64,000 bases of DNA, taken from NCBI GenBank assembly GCA_964057225.1, contig OZ059894.1, forward strand, positions 23,436,001 to 23,500,000. Reading direction: 5' to 3'. Of the stretch, positions 1 to 11,600 are shown one piece after another. The DNA is from Auanema rhodensis (taxonomy: Eukaryota; Animalia; Nematoda). Position numbers and translations under genes: made by a program. The notes under the pieces are model-generated. The model did not search any database. It had not been told where the DNA came from and saw only the letters and a program-made list of their open reading frames with translations. Each line of letters starts with the position of its first letter. Within the stretch, counting starts at the first letter, position 1.

Positions 1-46
1 TGACTTTGAAATTTACGTGAACTTTAATTTATGCTAATTAAATGTA

Positions 47-86
47 CACGTGATGTGCACTTGGTATGTAACTCGCTTCACGTGAA
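47..86. promoter_or_regulatory. Paired CACGTG E-box/G-box motifs, repeated in nearly every monomer (first copy given); binding not demonstrated
   Basis: CACGTGAT at 47-54 (reverse complement ATCACGTG fits RTCACRTG) and the perfect palindrome TTCACGTGAA at 77-86. Motif match only. Confidence 0.35.
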
Positions 87-164
87 AGATAAAGATATGC
101 GGTTTTCAAAATTAGATTCCCCATGTCCATATTAGTCTAAAAACAAATTTTTATTGATATTGGT

Positions 165-179
165 TCATGGTAACCATGA
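165..179. other. Dyad symmetry TCATGGT-A-ACCATGA (7-bp arms, BstEII site at centre), once per monomer (first copy given)
   Basis: The reverse complement of TCATGGT (165-171) is ACCATGA (173-179). Confidence 0.85.
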
Positions 180-3100
180 CTTTGAAATTTACGTGAACTT
201 TAATTTATGCTAATTAAATGTACACGTGATGTGCACTTGGTATGTAACTCGCTTCACGTGAAAGATAAAGAGATGCGGTTTTCAAAATTAGATTCCCCAT
301 GTTCATATTAGTCTAAAAACAAATTTTTATTGATATTGGTTCATGGTAACCATGACTTTGAAATTTACGTGAACTTTAATTTATGCTAATTAAATGTACA
401 CGTGATGTGCACTTGGTATGTAACTCGCTTCACGTGAAAGATAAAGAGATGCGGTTTTCAAAATTAGATTCCCCATGTCCATATTAGTCTAAAAACAAAT
501 TTTTATTGATATTGGTTCATGGTAACCATGACTTTGAAATTTACGTGAACTTTAATTTATGCTAATTAAATGTACACGTGATGTGCACTTGGTATGTAAC
601 TCGCTTCACGTGAAAGATAAAGAGATGCGGTTTTCAAAATTAGATTCCCCATGTCCATATTAGTCTAAAAACAAATTTTTATTGATATTGGTGCATGGTA
701 ACCATGATTTTGAAATTTACGTGAACTTTAATTTATGCTAATTAAATGTACACGTGATGTGCACTTGGTATGTAACTCGTTTCACGTGAAAGATAAAGAG
801 ATGCGGTTTTCAAAATTAGATTCCCCATGTCCATATTAGTCTAAAAACAAATTTTTATTGATACTGGTTCATGGTAACCATGTCTTTGAAATTTACGTGA
901 ACTTTAATTTATGCTAATTAAATGTACACGTGATGTGCACTTGGTATGTAACTCGCTTCACGTGAAAGATAAAGAGATGCGGTTTTTAAAATTAGATTCC
1001 CCATGTCCATATTAGTCTAAAAACAAATTTTTATTGATATTGGTTCATGGTAACCATGACTTTGAAATTTACGTGAACTTTAATTTATGCTAATTAAATG
1101 TACACGTGATGTGCACTTGGTATGTAACTCGCCTCACGTGAAAGATAAAGAGATGCGGTTTTCAAAATTAGATTCCCCATGTCCATATTAGTCTAAAAAC
1201 AAATTTTTATTGATACTGGTTCATGGTAACCATGTCTTTGAAATTTACGTGAACTTTAATTTATGCTAATTAAATGTACACGTGATGTGCACTTGGTATG
1301 TAACTCGCTTCACGTGAAAGATAAAGAGATGCGGTTTTCAAAATTAGATTCCCCATGTCCATATTAGTCTGAAAACAAATTTTTATTGATATTGGTTCAT
1401 GGTAACCATGACTTTGAAATTTACGTGAACTTTAATTTATGCTAATTAAATGTACACGTGATGTGCACTTGGTATGTAACTCGCTTCACGTGAAAGATAA
1501 AGAGATGCGGTTTTCAAAATTAGAATCCCCATGTTCATATTAGTCTAAAAACAAATTTTTATTGATATTGGTTCATGGTAACCATGACTTTGAAATTTAC
1601 GTGAACTTTAATTTATGCTAATTAAATGTACACGTGATGTGCACTTGGTATGTAACTCGCTTCACGTGAAAGATAAAGAGATGCGGTTTTCAAAATTAGA
1701 TTCCCCATGTCCATATTAGTCTAAAAACAAATTTTTATTGATATTGGTTCATGGTAACCATGACTTTGAAATTTACGTGAACTTTAACTTATGCTAATTA
1801 AATGTACACGTGATGTGCACTTGGTATGTAACTCGCTTCACGTGAAAGATAAAGAGATGCGGTTTTCAAAATTAGATTCCCCATGTTCATATTAGTCTAA
1901 AAACAAATTTTTATTGATATTGGTGCATGGTAACCATGACTTTGAAATTTACGTGAACTTTAATTTATGCTAATTAAATGTACACGTGATGTGCACTTGG
2001 TATGTAACTCGCTTCACGTGAAAGATAAAGATATGCGGTTTTCAAAATTAGATTCCCCATGTCCATATTAGTCTAAAAACAAATTTTTATTGATATTGGT
2101 TCATGGTAACCATGACTTTGAAATTTACGTGAACTTTAATTTATGCTAATTAAATGTACACGTGATGTGCACTTGGTATGTAACTCGCTTCAGGTGAAAG
2201 ATAAAGAGATGCGGTTTTCAAAATTAGATTCCCCATGTTCATATTAGTCTAAAAACAAATTTTTATTGATATTGGTTCATGGTAACCATGACTTTGAAAC
2301 TTACGTGAACTTTAATTTATGCTAATTAAATGTACACGTGATGTGCACTTGGTATGTAACTCGCTTCACGTGAAAGATAAAGAGATGCGGTTTTCAAAAT
2401 TAGATTCCCCATGTCCATATTAGTCTAAAAACAAATTTTTATTGATATTGGTTCATGGTAACCATGACTTTGAAATTTACGTGAACTTTAATTTATGCTA
2501 ATTAAATGTACACGTGATGTGCACTTGGTATGTAACTCGCTTCACGTGAAAGATAAAGAGATGCGGTTTTCAAAATTAGATTCCCCATGTCCATATTAGT
2601 CTAAAAACAAATTTTTATTGATACTGGTTCATGGTAACCATGTCTTTGAAATTTACGTGAACTTTAATTTATGCTAATTAAATGTACACGTGATGTGCAC
2701 TTGGTATGTAACTCGCTTCACGTGAAAGATAAAGAGATGCGGTTCTCAAAATTAGATTCCCCATGTCCATATTAGTCTAAAAACAAATTTTTATTGATAT
2801 TGGTTCATGGTAACCATGACTTTGAAATTTACGTGAACTTTAATTTATGCTAATTAAATGTACACGTGATGTGCACTTGGTATGTAACTCGCTTCACGTG
2901 AAAGATAAAGAGATGCGGTTTTCAAAATTAGATTCCCCATGTTCATATTAGTCTAAAAACAAATTTTTATTGATATTGGTGCATGGTAACCATGACTTTG
3001 AAATTTACGTGAACTTTAATTTATGCTAATTAAATGTACACGTGATGTGCACTTGGTATGTAACTCGCTTCACGTGAAAGATAAAGATATGCGGTTTTCA

Positions 3101-5699
3101 AAATTAGATTCCCCATGTCCATATTAGTCTAAAAACAAATTTTTATTGATATTGGTTCATGGTAACCATGACTTTGAAATTTACGTGAACTTTAATTTAT
3201 GCTAATTAAATGTACACGTGATGTGCACTTGGTATGTAACTCGCTTCACGTGAAAGATAAAGAGATGCGGTTTTCAAAATTAGATTCCCCATGTTCATAT
3301 TAGTCTAAAAACAAATTTTTATTGATATTGGTTCATGGTAACCATGACTTTGAAATTTACGTGAACTTTAATTTATGCTAATTAAATGTACACGTGATGT
3401 GCACTTGGTATGTAACTCGCTTCACGTGAAAGATAAAGAGATGCGGTTTTCAAAATTAGATTCCCCATGTCCATATTAGTCTAAAAACAAATTTTTATTG
3501 ATATTGGTTCATGGTAACCATGACTTTGAAATTTACGTGAACTTTAATTTATGCTAATTAAATGTACACGTGATGTGCACTTGGTATGTAACTCGCTTCA
3601 CGTGAAAGATAAAGAGATGCGGTTTTCAAAATTAGATTCCCCATGTCCATATTAGTCTAAAAACAAATTTTTATTGATATTGGTGCATGGTAACCATGAT
3701 TTTGAAATTTACGTGAACTTTAATTTATGCTAATTAAATGTACACGTGATGTGCACTTGGTATGTAACTCGTTTCACGTGAAAGATAAAGAGATGCGGTT
3801 TTCAAAATTAGATTCCCCATGTCCATATTAGTCTAAAAACAAATTTTTATTGATACTGGTTCATGGTAACCATGTCTTTGAAATTTACGTGAACTTTAAT
3901 TTATGCTAATTAAATGTACACGTGATGTGCACTTGGTATGTAACTCGCTTCACGTGAAAGATAAAGAGATGCGGTTTTTAAAATTAGATTCCCCATGTCC
4001 ATATTAGTCTAAAAACAAATTTTTATTGATATTGGTTCATGGTAACCATGACTTTGAAATTTACGTGAACTTTAATTTATGCTAATTAAATGTACACGTG
4101 ATGTGCACTTGGTATGTAACTCGCCTCACGTGAAAGATAAAGAGATGCGGTTTTCAAAATTAGATTCCCCATGTCCATATTAGTCTAAAAACAAATTTTT
4201 ATTGATACTGGTTCATGGTAACCATGTCTTTGAAATTTACGTGAACTTTAATTTATGCTAATTAAATGTACACGTGATGTGCACTTGGTATGTAACTCGC
4301 TTCACGTGAAAGATAAAGAGATGCGGTTTTCAAAATTAGATTCCCCATGTCCATATTAGTCTGAAAACAAATTGTTATTGATATTGGTTCATGGTAACCA
4401 TGACTTTGAAATTTACGTGAACTTTAATTTATGCTAATTAAATGTACACGTGATGTGCACTTGGTATGTAACTCGCTTCACGTGAAAGATAAAGAGATGC
4501 GGTTTTCAAAATTAGAATCCCCATGTTCATATTAGTCTAAAAACAAATTTTTATTGATATTGGTTCATGGTAACCATGACTTTGAAATTTACGTGAACTT
4601 TAATTTATGCTAATTAAATGTACACGTGATGTGCACTTGGTATGTAACTCGCTTCACGTGAAAGATAAAGAGATGCGGTTTTCAAAATTAGATTCCCCAT
4701 GTCCATATTAGTCTAAAAACAAATTTTTATTGATATTGGTTCATGGTAACCATGACTTTGAAATTTACGTGAACTTTAACTTATGCTAATTAAATGTACA
4801 CGTGATGTGCACTTGGTATGTAACTCGCTTCACGTGAAAGATAAAGAGATGCGGTTTTCAAAATTAGATTCCCCATGTTCATATTAGTCTAAAAACAAAT
4901 TTTTATTGATATTGGTGCATGGTAACCATGACTTTGAAATTTACGTGAACTTTAATTTATGCTAATTAAATGTACACGTGATGTGCACTTGGTATGTAAC
5001 TCGCTTCACGTGAAAGATAAAGATATGCGGTTTTCAAAATTAGATTCCCCATGTCCATATTAGTCTAAAAACAAATTTTTATTGATATTGGTTCATGGTA
5101 ACCATGACTTTGAAATTTACGTGAACTTTAATTTATGCTAATTAAATGTACACGTGATGTGCACTTGGTATGTAACTCGCTTCAGGTGAAAGATAAAGAG
5201 ATGCGGTTTTCAAAATTAGATTCCCCATGTTCATATTAGTCTAAAAACAAATTTTTATTGATATTGGTTCATGGTAACCATGACTTTGAAACTTACGTGA
5301 ACTTTAATTTATGCTAATTAAATGTACACGTGATGTGCACTTGGTATGTAACTCGCTTCACGTGAAAGATAAAGAGATGCGGTTTTCAAAATTAGATTCC
5401 CCATGTCCATATTAGTCTAAAAACAAATTTTTATTGATATTGGTTCATGGTAACCATGACTTTGAAATTTACGTGAACTTTAATTTATGCTAATTAAATG
5501 TACACGTGATGTGCACTTGGTATGTAACTCGCTTCACGTGAAAGATAAAGAGATGCGGTTTTCAAAATTAGATTCCCCATGTCCATATTAGTCTAAAAAC
5601 AAATTTTTATTGATACTGGTTCATGGTAACCATGTCTTTGAAATTTACGTGAACTTTAATTTATGCTAATTAAATGTACACGTGATGTGCACTTGGTAT

Positions 5700-8600
5700 G
5701 TAACTCGCTTCACGTGAAAGATAAAGAGATGCGGTTTTCAAAATTAGATTCCCCATGTCCATATTAGTCTAAAAACAAATTTTTATTGATATTAATTCAT
5801 GATAACCATGATTTTGAAATTTACGTGAATTTTAATTTATGCTAATTAAATGTACACGTGATGTGCACTTGGTATGTAACTCGCTTCACGTGAAAGATAA
5901 AGAGATGCGGTTTTCAAAATTAGATTCCCCATGTCCATATTAGTCTAAAAACAAATTTTTATTGATATTGGTTCATGGTAACCATGACTTTGAAATTTAC
6001 GTGAACTTTAATTTATGCTAATTAAATGTACACGTGATGTGCACTTGGTATGTAACTCGCTTCACGTGAAAGATAAAGAGATGCGGTTTTCAAAATTAGA
6101 TTCCCCATGTCCATATTAGTCTAAAAACAAATTTTTATTGATATTGGTGCATGGTAACCATGACTTTGAAATTTACGTGAACTTTAATTTATGCTAATTA
6201 AATGTACACGTGATGTGCACTTGGTATGTAACTCGCTTCACGTGAAAGATAAAGAGATGCGGTTTTCAAAATTAGATTCCCCATGTCCATATTAGTCTAA
6301 AAACAAATTTTTATTGATATTGGTTCATGGTAACCATGACTTTGAAATTTACGTGAACTTTAATTTATGCTAATTAAATGTACACGTGATGTGCACTTGG
6401 TATGTAACTCGCTTCACGTGAAAGATGAAGAGATGCGGTTTTCAAAATTAGATTCCCCATGTCCATATTAGTCGAAAAACAAATTTTTATTGATATTAAT
6501 TCATGGTAACCATGATTTTGAAATTTACGTGAACTTTAATTTATGCTAATTAAATGTACACGTGATGTGCACTTGGTATGTAACTCGTTTCACGTGAAAG
6601 ATAAAGAGATGCGGTTTTCAAAATTAGATTCCCCATGTCCATATTAGTCTAAAAACAAATTTTTATTGATATTGGTTCATGGGAACCATGACTTTGAAAT
6701 TTACGTGAACTTTAATTTATGCTAATTAAATGTACACGTGATGTGCACTTGGTATGTAACTCGCTTCACGTGAAAGATAAAGAGATGCGGTTTTCGAAAT
6801 TAGATTCCCCATGTCCATATTAGTCTAAAAAAAAATTTTTATTGATATTGGTGCATGGTAACCATGACTTTGAAATTTACGTGAACTTTAATTTATGCTA
6901 ATTAAATGTACACGTGATGTGCACTTGGTATGTAACTCGCTTCACGTGAAAGATAAAGAGATGCGGTTTTCAAAATTAGATTCCCCATGTCCATATTAGT
7001 CTAAAAACAAATTTTTATTGATATTGGTTCATGGTAACCATGACTTTGAAATTTACGTGAACTTTAATTTATGCTAATTAAATGTACACGTGATGTGCAC
7101 TTGGTATGTAATTTGCTTCACGTGAAAGATAAAGAGATGCGGTTTTCAAAATTAGATTCCCCATGTCCATATTAGTCTAAAAACAAATTTTTATTGATAT
7201 TGGTTCATGGTAACCATGTCTTTGAAATTTACGTGAACTTTAATTTATGCTAATTAAATGTACACGTGATGTGCACTTGGTATGTAACTCGCTTCACGTG
7301 AAAGATAAAGAGATGCGGTTCTCAAAATTAGATTCCCCATTTCCATATTAGTCTAAAAACAAATTTTTATTGATATTGGTGCATGGTAACCATGACTTTG
7401 AAATTTACGTGAACTTTAATTTATGCTAATTAAATGTACACGTGATGTGCACTTGGTATGTAACTCGCTTCACGTGAAAGATAAAGAGATGCGGTTTTCA
7501 AAATTAGATTCCCCATGTCCATATTAGTCTAAAAACAAATTTTTTTTGATATTGGTTCATGGTAACCATGACTTTGAACTTTACGTGAACTTTAATTTAT
7601 GCTAATTAAATGTACACGTGATGTGCACTTGGTATGTAACTCGCTTCACGTGAAAGATAAAGAGATGCGGTTTTCAAAATTAGATTCCCCATGTCCATAT
7701 TAGTCTAAAAACAAATTTTTATTGATATTGGTTCATGGTAACCATGACTTTGAAATTTACGTGAACTTTAATTTATGCTAATTAAATGTACACGTGATGT
7801 GCACTTGGTATGTAACTCGCTTCACGTGAAAGATAAAGAGATGCGGTTTTCAAAATTAGATTCCCCATGTCCATATTAGTCTAAAAACAAATTTTTATTG
7901 ATACTGGTTCATGGTAACCATGTCTTTGAAATTTACGTGAACTTTAATTTATGCTAATTAAATGTACACGTGATGTGCACTTGGTATGTAACTCGCTTCA
8001 CGTGAAAGATAAAGAGATGCGGTTTTCAAAATTAGATTCCCCATGTCCATATTAGTCTAAAAACAAATTTTTATTGATATTAATTCATGATAACCATGAT
8101 TTTGAAATTTACGTGAATTTTAATTTATGCTAATTAAATGTACACGTGATGTGCACTTGGTATGTAACTCGCTTCACGTGAAAGATAAAGAGATGCGGTT
8201 TTCAAAATTAGATTCCCCATGTCCATATTAGTCTAAAAACAAATTTTTATTGATATTGGTTCATGGTAACCATGACTTTGAAATTTACGTGAACTTTAAT
8301 TTATGCTAATTAAATGTACACGTGATGTGCACTTGGTATGTAACTCGCTTCACGTGAAAGATAAAGAGATGCGGTTTTCAAAATTAGATTCCCCATGTCC
8401 ATATTAGTCTAAAAACAAATTTTTATTGATATTGGTGCATGGTAACCATGACTTTGAAATTTACGTGAACTTTAATTTATGCTAATTAAATGTACACGTG
8501 ATGTGCACTTGGTATGTAACTCGCTTCACGTGAAAGATAAAGAGATGCGGTTTTCAAAATTAGATTCCCCATGTCCATATTAGTCTAAAAACAAATTTTT

Positions 8601-11600
8601 ATTGATATTGGTTCATGGTAACCATGACTTTGAAATTTACGTGAACTTTAATTTATGCTAATTAAATGTACACGTGATGTGCACTTGGTATGTAACTCGC
8701 TTCACGTGAAAGATGAAGAGATGCGGTTTTCAAAATTAGATTCCCCATGTCCATATTAGTCGAAAAACAAATTTTTATTGATATTAATTCATGGTAACCA
8801 TGATTTTGAAATTTACGTGAACTTTAATTTATGCTAATTAAATGTACACGTGATGTGCACTTGGTATGTAACTCGTTTCACGTGAAAGATAAAGAGATGC
8901 GGTTTTCAAAATTAGATTCCCCATGTCCATATTAGTCTAAAAACAAATTTTTATTGATATTGGTTCATGGGAACCATGACTTTGAAATTTACGTGAACTT
9001 TAATTTATGCTAATTAAATGTACACGTGATGTGCACTTGGTATGTAACTCGCTTCACGTGAAAGATAAAGAGATGCGGTTTTCGAAATTAGATTCCCCAT
9101 GTCCATATTAGTCTAAAAAAAAATTTTTATTGATATTGGTGCATGGTAACCATGACTTTGAAATTTACGTGAACTTTAATTTATGCTAATTAAATGTACA
9201 CGTGATGTGCACTTGGTATGTAACTCGCTTCACGTGAAAGATAAAGAGATGCGGTTTTCAAAATTAGATTCCCCATGTCCATATTAGTCTAAAAACAAAT
9301 TTTTATTGATATTGGTTCATGGTAACCATGACTTTGAAATTTACGTGAACTTTAATTTATGCTAATTAAATGTACACGTGATGTGCACTTGGTATGTAAT
9401 TTGCTTCACGTGAAAGATAAAGAGATGCGGTTTTCAAAATTAGATTCCCCATGTCCATATTAGTCTAAAAACAAATTTTTATTGATATTGGTTCATGGTA
9501 ACCATGTCTTTGAAATTTACGTGAACTTTAATTTATGCTAATTAAATGTACACGTGATGTGCACTTGGTATGTAACTCGCTTCACGTGAAAGATAAAGAG
9601 ATGCGGTTCTCAAAATTAGATTCCCCATGTCCATATTAGTCTAAAAACAAATTTTTATTGATATTGGTGCATGGTAACCATGACTTTGAAATTTACGTGA
9701 ACTTTAATTTATGCTAATTAAATGTACACGTGATGTGCATTTGGTATGTAACTCGCTTCACGTGAAAGATAAAGAGATGCGGTTTTCAAAATTAGATTCC
9801 CCATGTCCATATTAGTCTAAAAACAAATTTTTTTTGATATTGGTTCATGGTAACCATGACTTTGAACTTTACGTGAACTTTAATTTATGCTAATTAAATG
9901 TACACGTGATGTGCACTTGGTATGTAACTCGCTTCACGTGAAAGATAAAGAGATGCGGTTTTCAAAATTAGATTCCCCATGTCCATATTAGTCTAAAAAC
10001 AAATTTTTATTGATTATGGTTCATGGTAACCATGACTTTGAAATTTACGTGAACTTTAATTTATGCTAATTAAATGTACACGTGATGTGCACTTGGTATG
10101 TAATTCGCTTCACGTGAAAGATAAAGAGATGCGGTTTTCAAAATTAGATTCCTCATGTCCATATTAGTCTAAAAACAAATTTTTATTGATATTGGTTCAT
10201 GGTAACCATGTCTTTGAAATTTACGTGAACTTTAATTTATGCTAATTAAATGTACACGTGATGTGCACTTGGTATGTAACTCGCTTCACGTGAAAGATAA
10301 AGAGATGCGGTTCTCAAAATTAGATTCCCCATGTCCATATTAGTCTAAAAACAAATTTTTATTGATATTGGTGCATGGTAACCATGACTTTGAAATTTAC
10401 GTGAACTTTAATTTATGCTAATTAAATGTACACGTGATGTGCATTTGGTATGTAACTCGCTTCACGTGAAAGATAAAGAGATGCGGTTTTCAAAATTAGA
10501 TTCCCCATGTCCATATTAGTCTAAAAACAAATTTTTTTTGATATTGGTTCATGGTAACCATGATTTTGAAATTTACGTGAACTTTAATTTATGCTAATTA
10601 AATGTACACGTGATGTGCACTTGGTATGTAACTCGCTTCACGTGAAAGATAAAGAGATGCGGTTCTCAAAATTAGATTCCCCATGTCCATATTAGTCTAA
10701 AAACAAATTTTTATTGATATTGGTGCATGGTAACCATGACTTTGAAATTTACGTGAACTTTAATTTATGCTAATTAAATGTACACGTGATGTGCACTTGG
10801 TATGTAACTCGCTTCACGTGAAAGATAAAGAGATGCGGTTTTCAAAATTAGATTCCCCATGTCCATATTAGTCTAAAAACAAATTTTTTTTGATATTGGT
10901 TCATGGTAACCATGATTTTGAAATTTACGTGAACTTTAATTTATGCTAATTAAATGTACACGTGATGTGCACTTGGTATGTAACTCGCTTCACGTGAAAG
11001 ATAAAGAGATGCGGTTCTCAAAATTAGATTCCCCATTTCCATATTAGTCTAAAAACAAATTTTTATTGATATTGGTGCATGGTAACCATGACTTTGAAAT
11101 TTACGTGAACTTTAATTTATGCTAATTAAATGTACACGTGATGTGCACTTGGTATGTAACTCGCTTCACGTGAAAGATAAAGAGATGCGGTTTTCAAAAT
11201 TAGATTCCCCATGTCCATATTAGTCTAAAAACAAATTTTTTTTGATATTGGTTCATGGTAACCATGACTTTGAACTTTACGTGAACTTTAATTTATGCTA
11301 ATTAAATGTACACGTGATGTGCACTTGGTATGTAACTCGCTTCACGTGAAAGATAAAGAGATGCGGTTTTCAAAATTAGATTCCCCATGTCCATATTAGT
11401 CTAAAAACAAATTTTTATTGATATTGGTTCATGGTAACCATGACTTTGAAATTTACGTGAACTTTAATTTATGCTAATTAAATGTACACGTGATGTGCAC
11501 TTGGTATGTAACTCGCTTCACGTGAAAGATAAAGAGATGCGGTTTTCAAAATTAGATTCCCCATGTCCATATTAGTCTAAAAACAAATTTTTATTGATAC

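Larger units (their letters stand above)
1..5700 (+). repeat. HOR domain A: 17-monomer (2992-bp) tandem duplication (boundaries approximate)
   Basis: Diagnostic SNPs recur at exactly +2992: G96T 96/3088 and 2032/5024; C107T 987/3979; T77C 1133/4125; C81G 2193/5185; T160C 2624/5616. Confidence 0.9.

Noticed and set aside
29-42. POU octamer-like/homeodomain site TTATGCTAATTAAA
   Set aside because: AT-rich motifs like this arise readily by chance at 68% AT, and there is no supporting context.
72-88. CENP-B box
   Set aside because: It needs TTCG-N4-A-N2-CGGG. The consensus has CTCG…A…TGAA, and even the rare C72T variant lacks CGGG.
12-95. A strictly conserved half versus a variable half of the monomer
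   Set aside because: High-frequency variants do favour positions 105-180, but I counted about 30 distinct variant sites in 11-96 as well, and frequencies are confounded by duplication. This needs formal counting.
1-176. Identity with Brassica CentBr (176 bp), Arabidopsis CEN178 or primate alpha satellite
   Set aside because: Only the length is similar. There is no HindIII AAGCTT site and no sequence similarity that I can recognise. A database search is needed to assign the family.
1-176. Tandem 5S rRNA, tRNA or snRNA gene array
   Set aside because: At 32% GC there are no recognisable 5S/tRNA sequences, cloverleaf or A/B/C boxes.
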